From positions 1 through 64,000 of IMG/VR virus record IMGVR_UViG_3300032053_000048: a stretch of 64,000 nt of DNA; one strand, written 5' to 3'. The stretch comes from a virus. A program made the position numbers and the translations under genes. The notes beneath the pieces were generated by a model that searched no databases, was not told the origin of the DNA, and was given only the letters and a program-made list of their open reading frames with translations. Below, piece by piece: positions 33,259 to 42,737 of the stretch; position 1 is the stretch's first letter, and each line of letters opens with the position of its first letter.

Positions 33259-36200
33259 TGATACCGGTATATCAAAATATGGATTTCAGTGGACTGCAGG
33301 CACAAAACCTTGTATTCCATTCCTCTTTGAATGTTAGTCCTCCATCAGCACCCGTAGCAGGTATGCCCTGGTGGGAGAGTGACAGGCTGGTACTTGATAT
33401 CTATGACGGTTCCGACTTCCTTCCAGTTCCAACGGGACCGGTTGTTAGTACCCCGGGGAACATACCTATATGGAGTAATAACAAAGGGAATAAACTTGAG
33501 GATGGCTATGCGGTTGAAACAACTCTTGTTGGCTCACCTGACGCAATACCTACTGCAGAGGCAGTTCTTGATTATGTTGGAGCTAACCTTTTTGAGCGCA
33601 ATGCTGGCATTATATCTCCGGTTACAGTAACCGACAAACTTTCATTCGGAACGATCTATGTTGATCATCTGGCAGAGAAAACACTGAATAACGGCGTTAT
33701 AATTGATCATTCTCTTACAGTGGCAGGGTCCTTTAAAGCAGCTGGCTATTTCTATTCAGGGACCAGCGCACCAACAAATACTAATCGCCTGAATTATGAC
33801 GGTAATCTTTATGCAACAAATATCTACTCAGGAGGAACACTTGTTTCAGTAGTTGGTCATACTCATTCATACGAACCAGTTTTAGGTAATCCGGCTGCAG
33901 ATGGTTATATACTTTCTTCAACTGCGGGAGGGACAAGATCATGGGTTCCTAATCCTTATGTACTCCCGGTAGATGATATCCTCGACTGGTCCACTAATAA
34001 ATATACTCCATACGATGCTCAAAGTTCAGGTAAGTTAGATAACTCAACAACTGCACCTACGCATAGCACAGCCAGACTTAACTATGATGGTCAATTCTTT
34101 GTTTATAATCTAACAGCTACTGGTCCGGTACAGACAAATGAAGGAGGAGCTTATACTAAACTTTTCGGTGAATCTGCAATCGGATACCTTTCAACCTGGA
34201 ATCCAACACTTAGAATTCAGGTTCATGGTGATAACATAGGAGTTATTAACCATACCAATACCGGTCATTTACTTTATCTCGACAGGATAGCTTATGCCTC
34301 AAATACTAACCTCACTTATGATGCTATTCATATCAATGACAATCCTACCACCTCAGGGACCATAGGAGGGGCTATTTTTAAGGCAACGGTCGGTGCAGAT
34401 GTCAGAATAAGTTTTGAACCCAGGGTGCCAGACTCAGGCTCTGCAGTGGCTTATTTCATAGATACGCATGAAGAACTTGCTACAGCCGGTTCAAAACTAT
34501 TGTCGGTCCGTAACCAGGGAACTGAAAAGATGTTTCTGGATTACTCTGGAGTTCTACAGGTTGAATCGGATATCTACGCAGGGTTCCTGGCATCAGAGGA
34601 CTACGCTGTGTTGCAATACACAGGACTGAAGGTTTACGTTACCGATACCGAGAGGTTAAATCTCGACCCAAGTGTAGGTGATAGTGCAACGGCTAAGGCA
34701 TATTTCTTTGACACAGCCAATGCGCTTTCTACAAGTGGTTCCAAACTTCTATCAATATCCAACCAGGGAGTTGAGAAGTTCTATATCACATACGAAGGCG
34801 AGGCTTACGCCAATGGCGTACACCTTGGAGTCGGTGGTGGGGGTGGAGATGTTTATAAGTCAGGTACGCCTGTTGATAACCAAATAGCAATATGGACTGA
34901 TGGAACACATATTGAAGGAACAAGTAATTTAATATATAATGACCCAAGTCCTACTTATTATCCTACTCTATGGTTAGGACGAAGTTCTCCTGATGGAACA
35001 AATTATGCTTTAAGAACTTTATCTACATCATTGCAAATAAATGGACCTACTGGAGGTTCTGTTAGTGTAAGAAATGGTTCAGCTCTTGTTGCAGATTTTA
35101 TGTCTAATGGATTATATATTGAACAAATATATGTTAATCATATAGGAGAAAGAACCTCTAATCATGGAGTAGTGTTTGATAATACCATATCAATTTCTGG
35201 GACAACAAAGGCAGCAGGTTTTTTCTATGCCGGAACAACTGACCCCACAAATACGAATCGTTTGAATTATGACGGCAATTTATGGGTGAATGCTTTATAT
35301 GTAAGAAATTCAAGTAATTATTGGTTGAATGAAAACTTGAGAGTGGGAGGATTAACATTTGTTAGTAATCTTGGGACAGGCTATGATACTCTCTATAATT
35401 ATTATGACTTCTCTATTTTTGCACAAACAAATAAGGTATTAAGGCTTGGTGCAAACGGAAATCCGGCTGCAATGACATTTGCAGGAGATGGGACTCAAGT
35501 TTCATTAGCTATTCCACTCAAGGTTGATCACATTGGTGAGTATACTGCCAATCATGGGGTAGTTATAGATGCCTGTGCAGGTGGTGGAGGATATTTTTCT
35601 TTGACCGTTACCAATTCAGCTCAAGCAAATATGTGGGTTGGAACTTTAGCTGTTCAAACTGCATTTTTTACAAGAAGTGGTGGAGATGTTCAAATTGGTG
35701 CTGTTCAAACAGGATGGAAAATTAAACTTGGAGATGGTAATGCAAGTTATACTTTTACAAATACTTATGCTGAGTTCTCTGCTTCTGGTTTAAAGATTGA
35801 TCACATAGGGGAACTTACTGGAACTCATGGTGTAATAATCGGTAATTATGTTCAGATAACAGGTTCTTGTTCAGTATCAACAAATTTCTATTCACAGGTT
35901 ACAACTGAGTATGGAGTTCAATATCTAATGAACGCTTATTCAGTTGGAAGTACTAATTATACTGGATTCAGGAACGAAGCCGCAGATAAATGGGCTATTG
36001 GAACAGGAACCAGTGCAACTATAAGTACAATGTTAATGGCATGGGATAAGGCAGGAGTATTTTATTGGACGAATTATTTCGAGTTCAATGAGATTACAGC
36101 TCCGTCCGCTCCTGCAGCCAATAAGGGTCGGTTATACATGGATACTTCAGATGAAAAGCTGTACTGGAAAACAAGTTCAACTACCTATGATCTTACTGCA

Positions 36201-37544
36201 GGTAGCGGAACCACCCCGGTAGATGATATCCTCGATTGGTCAACTGATAAATATACTCCCTGGTCTGATGCAAATAAAGCTGCAGGAAGATTATATAGCA
36301 TTACAACTACATATCCTACTAATTCTACAAATCTTGCTTATGATGGTAATCTCTATGCAGTTTCATTTACTTCTGGGACAGCATCTACTAATTATACTCA
36401 GATATTAGGTACATCAACTCAAATAGTTGTATCAAGTACTACAAGAACAAGCTTAATTCCAGGTGTAGCTGATTCGGGTTCTGGTATAGCCTATACATTT
36501 GATACAGCTAATGTTCTTACTTCAGGTAGGAAGCTAATTTCAATAAAAAATCAGGGTAGTGAATTAGTGTATATTGATAATTTTGGTTCATACGTTGGGG
36601 CTGTTGTATATGCTACAAGTCAGTTAATCGCTGGTGCTGTGGGTGCCACTACTAACACTACAATACAGAATTCAAGTATAGTAATGAACATAAGTGGCAC
36701 AACAAGATTTTCAGTACAACCTTCAGTTGCTGATGGGGGAACAGCTTATACTATCGATACCTCAACCTCATTAACAAGTGGAAAGATAGTTTCATTTTTA
36801 AGTGCAGGTTCAGAGAAATTATATATTGATTATCAGGGCTATATTTACACTCCTGCTGGTTCATTAAAACACATGAGTATATTTGCGGGTAATGCTTCAG
36901 GTGCTGCAGGAACAGATGCAGGGAATGTTGTCTTGAAAGCTGGTAATGCTATTGCATCAGATTCTAATTCCGTTAATGGTGCGATTTATTTAGTACCTGG
37001 TGACCCATATCAGGTATCTGGTACGTCAAGTTATATCTATCTTGGAAGCGATACTCACGCTACCCCTTTAATAGGTATGTATGTAAAAAGTAGTGAAAGT
37101 AACGCTTCATTATCACTATATGCAAAAGGGACAGGTTCTATAACAGTAGGAAGTGGTAATGGTGTAATATTTCTTCAAGGTACTGTTTATCTATATTCAT
37201 CAACAACGATATCTGGTATAGGGGGTAATTCATCAATATCGGGTTATCCTAATGCTGCAGGTATTGGTTATGATTTAACAATAAAAGGTGGGACTGGTTA
37301 TACTGGATACAATGGAGGCAACTTATACTTACAAGGTGGTACTCCTGGCGGTGGTGGTGCTTTAGGATTAATATATGCAAAAGGCAATCTCTATCCTGAA
37401 GATGATGATACTTATTATCTTGGAAAGAACAGTATATCTACGCCTAAGGCATGGAAAGCTCTTGTTCTTAAAGACACGACAAATGGTAACTATTACAGAA
37501 TAACCGTAGTAAGCGGTACATTAACAACAACTCAAATAACTTAA
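33258..37544 (+). CDS. Long modular tail fibre protein
   Basis: 1428 aa, G/S/T/N-rich, with repeated modules RLNYDG-like x4, VDHIxE...GV x4, AYxxDT...K(L/I) x4 and PVDDILDWST x2. Confidence 0.8.
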   Translation: MIPVYQNMDFSGLQAQNLVFHSSLNVSPPSAPVAGMPWWESDRLVLDIYDGSDFLPVPTGPVVSTPGNIPIWSNNKGNKLEDGYAVETTLVGSPDAIPTAEAVLDYVGANLFERNAGIISPVTVTDKLSFGTIYVDHLAEKTLNNGVIIDHSLTVAGSFKAAGYFYSGTSAPTNTNRLNYDGNLYATNIYSGGTLVSVVGHTHSYEPVLGNPAADGYILSSTAGGTRSWVPNPYVLPVDDILDWSTNKYTPYDAQSSGKLDNSTTAPTHSTARLNYDGQFFVYNLTATGPVQTNEGGAYTKLFGESAIGYLSTWNPTLRIQVHGDNIGVINHTNTGHLLYLDRIAYASNTNLTYDAIHINDNPTTSGTIGGAIFKATVGADVRISFEPRVPDSGSAVAYFIDTHEELATAGSKLLSVRNQGTEKMFLDYSGVLQVESDIYAGFLASEDYAVLQYTGLKVYVTDTERLNLDPSVGDSATAKAYFFDTANALSTSGSKLLSISNQGVEKFYITYEGEAYANGVHLGVGGGGGDVYKSGTPVDNQIAIWTDGTHIEGTSNLIYNDPSPTYYPTLWLGRSSPDGTNYALRTLSTSLQINGPTGGSVSVRNGSALVADFMSNGLYIEQIYVNHIGERTSNHGVVFDNTISISGTTKAAGFFYAGTTDPTNTNRLNYDGNLWVNALYVRNSSNYWLNENLRVGGLTFVSNLGTGYDTLYNYYDFSIFAQTNKVLRLGANGNPAAMTFAGDGTQVSLAIPLKVDHIGEYTANHGVVIDACAGGGGYFSLTVTNSAQANMWVGTLAVQTAFFTRSGGDVQIGAVQTGWKIKLGDGNASYTFTNTYAEFSASGLKIDHIGELTGTHGVIIGNYVQITGSCSVSTNFYSQVTTEYGVQYLMNAYSVGSTNYTGFRNEAADKWAIGTGTSATISTMLMAWDKAGVFYWTNYFEFNEITAPSAPAANKGRLYMDTSDEKLYWKTSSTTYDLTAGSGTTPVDDILDWSTDKYTPWSDANKAAGRLYSITTTYPTNSTNLAYDGNLYAVSFTSGTASTNYTQILGTSTQIVVSSTTRTSLIPGVADSGSGIAYTFDTANVLTSGRKLISIKNQGSELVYIDNFGSYVGAVVYATSQLIAGAVGATTNTTIQNSSIVMNISGTTRFSVQPSVADGGTAYTIDTSTSLTSGKIVSFLSAGSEKLYIDYQGYIYTPAGSLKHMSIFAGNASGAAGTDAGNVVLKAGNAIASDSNSVNGAIYLVPGDPYQVSGTSSYIYLGSDTHATPLIGMYVKSSESNASLSLYAKGTGSITVGSGNGVIFLQGTVYLYSSTTISGIGGNSSISGYPNAAGIGYDLTIKGGTGYTGYNGGNLYLQGGTPGGGGALGLIYAKGNLYPEDDDTYYLGKNSISTPKAWKALVLKDTTNGNYYRITVVSGTLTTTQIT
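33965..36259 (+). repeat. 45-bp in-frame direct repeat pair (33965-34009 and 36215-36259)
   Basis: cccggtagatgatatcctcgaYtggtcMactRataaatatactcc, 42/45 identical, 2250 bp apart. Confidence 0.85.
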
Positions 37545-37548
37545 AGCT

Positions 37549-37854
37549 ATGGCAATTACAGCATCAAAAACAATTCCTGAAGCAATCAAGACTCATTCAG
37601 TTGAGATGATTACTATTGACCCCAGGACACAAGTGATGGACCCTCAGGGTACTCCTACGAATCATTACTTTGCTCAGGTCGAGACAAGTGATACAGTGAC
37701 AGGACAGCGTTTTCTCTTTCGCAGGGATATAACTACTGAATGGGGAAATGTATCGGCAGCAAATAAGAATGTCATTAAGGCATTCCTTAATAAAGTTGTA
37801 GAACTTTGCCTTGAGGTTGCGCCAGAAGATATCACAGGCGATATTTATTCTTAA
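37549..37854 (+). CDS. Hypothetical protein, possible fibre assembly factor
   Basis: 101-aa ORF directly after the fibre gene. Confidence 0.6.
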   Translation: MAITASKTIPEAIKTHSVEMITIDPRTQVMDPQGTPTNHYFAQVETSDTVTGQRFLFRRDITTEWGNVSAANKNVIKAFLNKVVELCLEVAPEDITGDIYS

Positions 37855-37869
37855 CCAATAATCTTAATT

Positions 37870-38466
37870 ATGATGAAAAAATCACTGTTTATTCTAATCG
37901 TACTCTTATGTACAAGCTGCGGTTGTATGCTGTCACAGATACCACCTCAGAAAATCTATGCTACGGCAAGTTGTAATGCTGCCCTTCCTGATTACAGGTT
38001 AAAGATTACGGCTTCAGACAACTGCGAGATCGCCACTTTCACTCAGACCCCTGCGCCTGGGTATCTCTTAACATCAGCGAATAAGGTTGCAACTGTTGTT
38101 GTTAAGGCTACTGACGCCTCAGGTAACTTCAAACAGGTTTCTTTTACAGTAACCTTGCTTGATACTATCAAACCTGTTTTTACTATCGCTCCAGAATTAC
38201 TTGCCTATAGTCTTGAACAGATTGGTACTATCTATGACTATGCTGACAAGTTAATTTTTAATCAGGAGAGATTACTTTATTCTCAGACATGGATAGACAG
38301 TATCCCTGGGTTAAGAGATAAACTCGCCAAGGATGAATACCTGAATAAGGCTATGCTTACATGGACTGGCAAAGGTCATGCGTTAACCGGATTTGGTCAT
38401 AGGTATTTTACATTCTATAATGCTGAAGAAGGAGACACAATCATTTTACCAAAGTTTAATTATTAA
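37870..38466 (+). CDS. Secreted/lipoprotein with HYR-like Ig domain
   Basis: Signal MMKKSLFILIVLLCTSC; ASDNC...TQTPAPG...ATDASGN...FTVT.LDTIKP is a HYR-repeat pattern. Confidence 0.7.
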   Translation: MMKKSLFILIVLLCTSCGCMLSQIPPQKIYATASCNAALPDYRLKITASDNCEIATFTQTPAPGYLLTSANKVATVVVKATDASGNFKQVSFTVTLLDTIKPVFTIAPELLAYSLEQIGTIYDYADKLIFNQERLLYSQTWIDSIPGLRDKLAKDEYLNKAMLTWTGKGHALTGFGHRYFTFYNAEEGDTIILPKFNY

Positions 38467-38484
38467 CCAAAAAGAAGAAAAGTT

Positions 38485-39066
38485 ATGACTTACAGAGAAG
38501 TTCTTATTATGAGAAAGAATCTTGACGAAGTTAATCCTATTGAGGGTGTTAACGTCAAGTTCCTTTATGCAGTTTCTAAAAACAAGGAGAAACTTGATTC
38601 CATTATCAAGCATCTTGACGGACTCAAGAAACCTTCCGATGAGATTAATGAATTCTGGAAGAAACTCGATGAACTCAACACTAAGTATGCTGAGGTCGAT
38701 GAAACCGGAACGGTTGTTTACAGTACTGCTATGGTCAATGGAGAACCCCGGAAAGCCTATAAGAAGGTAATTGGAGAGGGTAATCCTGATAGCAAGTACA
38801 CTAAGGAGGTTGAGAAGCTGAGAGAGAAACATAAGAAAGCGATTGATGCTTATGAGGAAGCTATCAGGCGTTACAATACGATGCTTGATAACGAACTGGA
38901 GGAGGATGGTTGCGATAAGGGTACATATCGCAAGCACATGATCGATCTTGATATTGTACCGGCAGGACTGCACCCTAAGGCTATGGATGGTTGCCTGCCC
39001 TTTATTAAGGATGAAGAACTGGCTGAAACAAAGCCACCCGATGATAAAACTAAAAAACAAAAATAG
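38485..39066 (+). CDS. Helical protein, possible tail chaperone
   Basis: KFLYAVSKN motif and coiled-coil; position after the fibre genes. Confidence 0.55.
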   Translation: MTYREVLIMRKNLDEVNPIEGVNVKFLYAVSKNKEKLDSIIKHLDGLKKPSDEINEFWKKLDELNTKYAEVDETGTVVYSTAMVNGEPRKAYKKVIGEGNPDSKYTKEVEKLREKHKKAIDAYEEAIRRYNTMLDNELEEDGCDKGTYRKHMIDLDIVPAGLHPKAMDGCLPFIKDEELAETKPPDDKTKKQK

Positions 39067-39078
39067 GAGGTAATTAAC

Positions 39079-39816
39079 ATGGCATTATTCGTTCCACCAA
39101 TCGTAAAAGCATCCGGCATAAGTGTAGCTACTTATGACTTTGTTGATGCTCTGATAGCCAAAACCCTGACAAAGAAGATCAGCAGCAACCTGGCTACAAT
39201 CAAATGTGACCGTACTCACAAGAAATATGTGGGCGATCATGTTTATATCAATGGTCTGTCAACCCATTTAGAATACAATGGTTATTTTGTGATCTCGGCT
39301 GTATCGGCTGATGGTCTGAGCTTTTCTTATGCTCTCACCCATGCTGACGATACCGAGAATTCTGATCTCGGAGGGGATATACATGATCCAATGCTCCGTA
39401 AACCTAATGGGTTCTACTTACGAGTAGGTGGTAACGGTAACATCAGGTATGCTCTTATCGGCAACGAGAAAGCTCAGATAGTTCGCCGTAAGGTCGATAC
39501 TAACGTGGCTACCATTACAACCAGAGTTCCTCACTCATTTAAGGTTGGCAATACAATCCTTATTCAGGGCCTTGGAGGTACGGGTTATAATAACGTTGGA
39601 TTTACTATTACAGCGATTCCTACACCAAAGACTCTGACTTTTGCACTTACTCATGGGGACGAAGACGTAACTGACTCCGGGGGAATTGTTGAGGACACAA
39701 TAGTTAAGGCATTCACAGCCGGCACTACCTTTACAGACCCGGAACTGGTCGGTAAAGTATTCAAGACAGACACGACAGCAACCAGTTTAGTTGTAGGTTA
39801 TTCACCATACAGGTAA
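39079..39816 (+). CDS. Head spike-base-like protein with two inserted FCCH-like domains
   Basis: Backbone FYLRVGGNGNI...PELVGKVFKTDTTATSLVVG resembles small head-spike base proteins and is interrupted by two ~65-aa repeats. Confidence 0.55.
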   Translation: MALFVPPIVKASGISVATYDFVDALIAKTLTKKISSNLATIKCDRTHKKYVGDHVYINGLSTHLEYNGYFVISAVSADGLSFSYALTHADDTENSDLGGDIHDPMLRKPNGFYLRVGGNGNIRYALIGNEKAQIVRRKVDTNVATITTRVPHSFKVGNTILIQGLGGTGYNNVGFTITAIPTPKTLTFALTHGDEDVTDSGGIVEDTIVKAFTAGTTFTDPELVGKVFKTDTTATSLVVGYSPYR

Positions 39817-39986
39817 TGGAACTGATCAATAGTTGGCGCAGTACTGTAAAACAGGCAGGCAAAATCAATGTGAAAGTAAGATTTGGTAAGATTACATTTT
39901 TTGACATTTACATAGATCGCCAAAAGCACAGATACGGAATAACTATCTTTAACTTAGGATTGAAAAACAATACTGTTAGAAAATGA
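39816..39986 (+). CDS. Small hypothetical protein (56 aa)
   Basis: Manual translation MELINSWRSTVKQAGKINVKVRFGKITFFDIYID...; TAATG coupling to the upstream gene. Confidence 0.6.
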   Translation: MELINSWRSTVKQAGKINVKVRFGKITFFDIYIDRQKHRYGITIFNLGLKNNTVRK

Positions 39987-40044
39987 AGATATCAGGTATC
40001 TATAAAATACACTCTCTATGTAAGCCTAAATAAAAATAACTCAA

Positions 40045-40638
40045 ATGGGAAAGCTTAAATACTATGTTATTCACTGTGCTGAGACCTATCCTGAGACGAT
40101 AGTAACCAAGGAGGTGCTGGATGAATGGCACAAGGGCCCCCGTAATAATCCTGATGGAACAGTGACTTATCTTGGCAAGGTCTATCCAAACAGATTCCAG
40201 CTTCCGAGAGATATCCTGAACGGAAAGCCTATCTTGAATATTCAGGGCCGGGGATGGGACCGTTATGGCTATAGTGATATTTTCCACAGGGAGGGTTTTG
40301 TTGAGAACATTACTCCCTATGACGAAGATGAGATCATAACAAATACCGAAATGACCTGGGGCCAGACTGGTATTAACAGCGAGTCCAGGCACGTAGTTCT
40401 GGAGGGAGGCCTGTTACATAATAAGAAGGTTCCTTTCAATGGCGCTGAGGTACTTTTATATAGCTCTATGCAGCTTGACGCACTTACAAGGGATATAATG
40501 ATTGTCACTACTCATCATCCCGGGATTCTGATTGCAGGGCATTACCAGTTCAATAAAGACAAAACTTGTCCGAATTTCAACGTTCCAATGTTTCTGAAGA
40601 ATATTAACCGGGCGCAATTCGCCTATAAACCAAAATGA
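40045..40638 (+). CDS. Endolysin, N-acetylmuramoyl-L-alanine amidase (T7 lysozyme-like)
   Basis: VIHCA, RGWDRYGY, GINSES and AGHYQF..KTCPNF zinc-amidase motifs. Confidence 0.88.
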   Translation: MGKLKYYVIHCAETYPETIVTKEVLDEWHKGPRNNPDGTVTYLGKVYPNRFQLPRDILNGKPILNIQGRGWDRYGYSDIFHREGFVENITPYDEDEIITNTEMTWGQTGINSESRHVVLEGGLLHNKKVPFNGAEVLLYSSMQLDALTRDIMIVTTHHPGILIAGHYQFNKDKTCPNFNVPMFLKNINRAQFAYKPK

Positions 40639-40639
40639 T

Positions 40640-40870
40640 ATGAGATCAAAACTATTTAAACTCAATGCCAAGGACTTTATTAAAGGTCTGATTGTAGCAG
40701 TTCTTACTGCAGTAATCACGTTTGCTTATGAAGCCATACAGACCGGAGAACTTTTCAGTATGGTAACTCTCAAGAAGATGGGGATGGTAGCTCTTGGAGC
40801 TTTACTTGCCTATCTGATTAAGAACTTACTGACGAATTCTCAGGACCAACCTTTGACTCCAGAGGGATGA
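40640..40870 (+). CDS. Holin
   Basis: 76 aa with two TM helices, between the endolysin and spanin. Confidence 0.75.
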   Translation: MRSKLFKLNAKDFIKGLIVAVLTAVITFAYEAIQTGELFSMVTLKKMGMVALGALLAYLIKNLLTNSQDQPLTPEG

Positions 40871-41382
40871 GATTACTAATTGTCATATTAACCGCACTTC
40901 TTTTGGGTTCATGTGTGACCCAAAAGAGGTGCTATACCAAATTTCCTCCAAAGACAGTTACTGTTATTAAGGATAGTTTGGTAATTAAGGATACTATTAT
41001 CTATCGTGATAGACTGGTTCCTTATAAGATCAAGGGAGATACAGTCTGGCAGGAGAAAACCATACAGGTTCCGGCCAGCCTGAATGTTTCACCTATTGTT
41101 CTTGAGAATACTTACGCTATTGCCCGGGCATGGATAGAGAATTCCAAGTTAAAGATGGAGTTGGAACAAAAGGACCAGGTTATTAACTTCAAGCTTGATA
41201 GCGCAGACAAGGTAACGAAATATTGGGAATATAAATGGACCAACGAGAAGCAGACTATCACCCTGCCACCAGTCAGATATACTTCTAAGTTCGCCAAGTT
41301 CTGTATAGGTTTTACCCTTCTTATTGTAATTGTTATTATTGGTTGGTCTGCACTTAAAATTTACAAAACCTTTAAACCATGA
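40867..41382 (+). CDS. Unimolecular spanin-like lipoprotein
   Basis: N-terminal lipobox LLGSC, beta-rich middle and C-terminal TM helix. Confidence 0.75.
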   Translation: MRLLIVILTALLLGSCVTQKRCYTKFPPKTVTVIKDSLVIKDTIIYRDRLVPYKIKGDTVWQEKTIQVPASLNVSPIVLENTYAIARAWIENSKLKMELEQKDQVINFKLDSADKVTKYWEYKWTNEKQTITLPPVRYTSKFAKFCIGFTLLIVIVIIGWSALKIYKTFKP

Positions 41383-42221
41383 ACTATATACTCAATACCG
41401 ATGAGCTTCTGTATATCTCGATGGATGATATTATATCAAGTCCGATCACTCCCGGAACAGAAGATCAATATTTCCTGTTGTTTGTCTATCCTATAGAGGC
41501 CCTGTTCACGAAGATTCAGAGAAGATCAGCCCTTCGGGGAAAACTCGTAAAGGACAATGAGGGTAGGGCTCAGACAGATAATTTCCAGCTGACCGAGGAC
41601 GAAAGAGACGCTTTCCTGGACTTTCTCAGGTCGGGAGCATCGGAGATATTCAAGCAGGTATCAGGATATTCTAAGACCATTAATTCGGCCTTTCGTTTTG
41701 ATGTATATTTCGGAGTGCCGGAATTCTCAAGTTATATATTATCTACAGACCCTACAGGATTGATAATTACGGACGGTGGTTTAACAGACCCTATGACCGT
41801 CAATCAGTATGCGGGATATAAGTTAATCATAATCAGCCCGGGGTTATTAGAGAACCAGGAGAGAACCATAGTCTCAAATACAGAAGATAGTTTTACGATC
41901 AATGAAAGCTTTGGAGAGGAAGTTGAGTATCTTGAATATATCGTCTCGGCTCAGACAGAGAAGCACATAATGATCTATTCCCTGTTTGATGGTAATAACT
42001 TTGATACTAATATGCTGGCAGGAATTGATTCACTGTTTGAGAAGTGTTTTATCGGCTCGGTACTAAAGGAGTGGTACTTGATTAACCGGTTCATGGACGA
42101 CTACAAGGTTGAGGAGACCTTACTGAAAGACGCTATTTCAGATTTACGGATGCACTACTTCCAGGCACTTGACGGATACAGAGCATCACAGTTTATGGCA
42201 GACGTTGATTCAGAAGTATAA
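41379..42221 (+). CDS. Structural (neck/adaptor-like) protein with inserted beta domain
   Basis: Helical N- and C-terminal parts (LTEDERDAFLDFL; VLKEWY) flank a TVNQYAGYKLIII...QERTIVSNT module. Confidence 0.5.
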   Translation: MNYILNTDELLYISMDDIISSPITPGTEDQYFLLFVYPIEALFTKIQRRSALRGKLVKDNEGRAQTDNFQLTEDERDAFLDFLRSGASEIFKQVSGYSKTINSAFRFDVYFGVPEFSSYILSTDPTGLIITDGGLTDPMTVNQYAGYKLIIISPGLLENQERTIVSNTEDSFTINESFGEEVEYLEYIVSAQTEKHIMIYSLFDGNNFDTNMLAGIDSLFEKCFIGSVLKEWYLINRFMDDYKVEETLLKDAISDLRMHYFQALDGYRASQFMADVDSEV

Positions 42222-42222
42222 T

Positions 42223-42726
42223 ATGGCAATAGGTGGTAAAATAGGAGTTCCAGATGTTCAGCCTTATCCCAGGTATATATTCTCATTGAATAACGTCTGG
42301 AGTAAAAGAACTGACTTACTCTTGTTCTTAGGAGAGACACAGAATATAAGAGACGGAAAGCTCTATAATCAAATGGTTGGTTCTTCTGATTACCTGATTG
42401 CCACAGGTAATAATTTTCAATGCCCGGATAACCAGTCATACAGAGATGCTGACAACGATAATATCTGGTTCCTATTGAGTTCACTGATAAGAAGTCCTAC
42501 TGAGTCTGAGTTAATAGGCTACGATTTTGAGCGTACTATCATTTACTATGAGGATAACGACCCGTTTACGTTAAGAATTATAGCGATCTTAAAACCAATA
42601 GTTTTGATTCCAGATACAATGCGCAAGGATTTCCGTTTATCGTTGTGGTGGGACGATACTTTCAGTGATTATGGATATACCAAAGCAAATAGAGGTGCTG
42701 GTAAGAACATTTGGACACCATTATAA
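42223..42726 (+). CDS. Hypothetical protein
   Basis: ATG at 42223 directly after the upstream stop (MAIGGKIGVP...). Confidence 0.6.
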   Translation: MAIGGKIGVPDVQPYPRYIFSLNNVWSKRTDLLLFLGETQNIRDGKLYNQMVGSSDYLIATGNNFQCPDNQSYRDADNDNIWFLLSSLIRSPTESELIGYDFERTIIYYEDNDPFTLRIIAILKPIVLIPDTMRKDFRLSLWWDDTFSDYGYTKANRGAGKNIWTPL

Positions 42727-42737
42727 AAATCAGTCGA

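Noticed and set aside
33258-37544. Possible diversity-generating retroelement in the fibre repeats
   Set aside because: No reverse transcriptase in the window; repeats are short and intragenic, and mismatches are not adenine-specific.
38446-39060. 204-aa antisense ORF
   Set aside because: Mirror of the charged + strand gene 38485-39066; the hydrophobicity is an antisense artefact.
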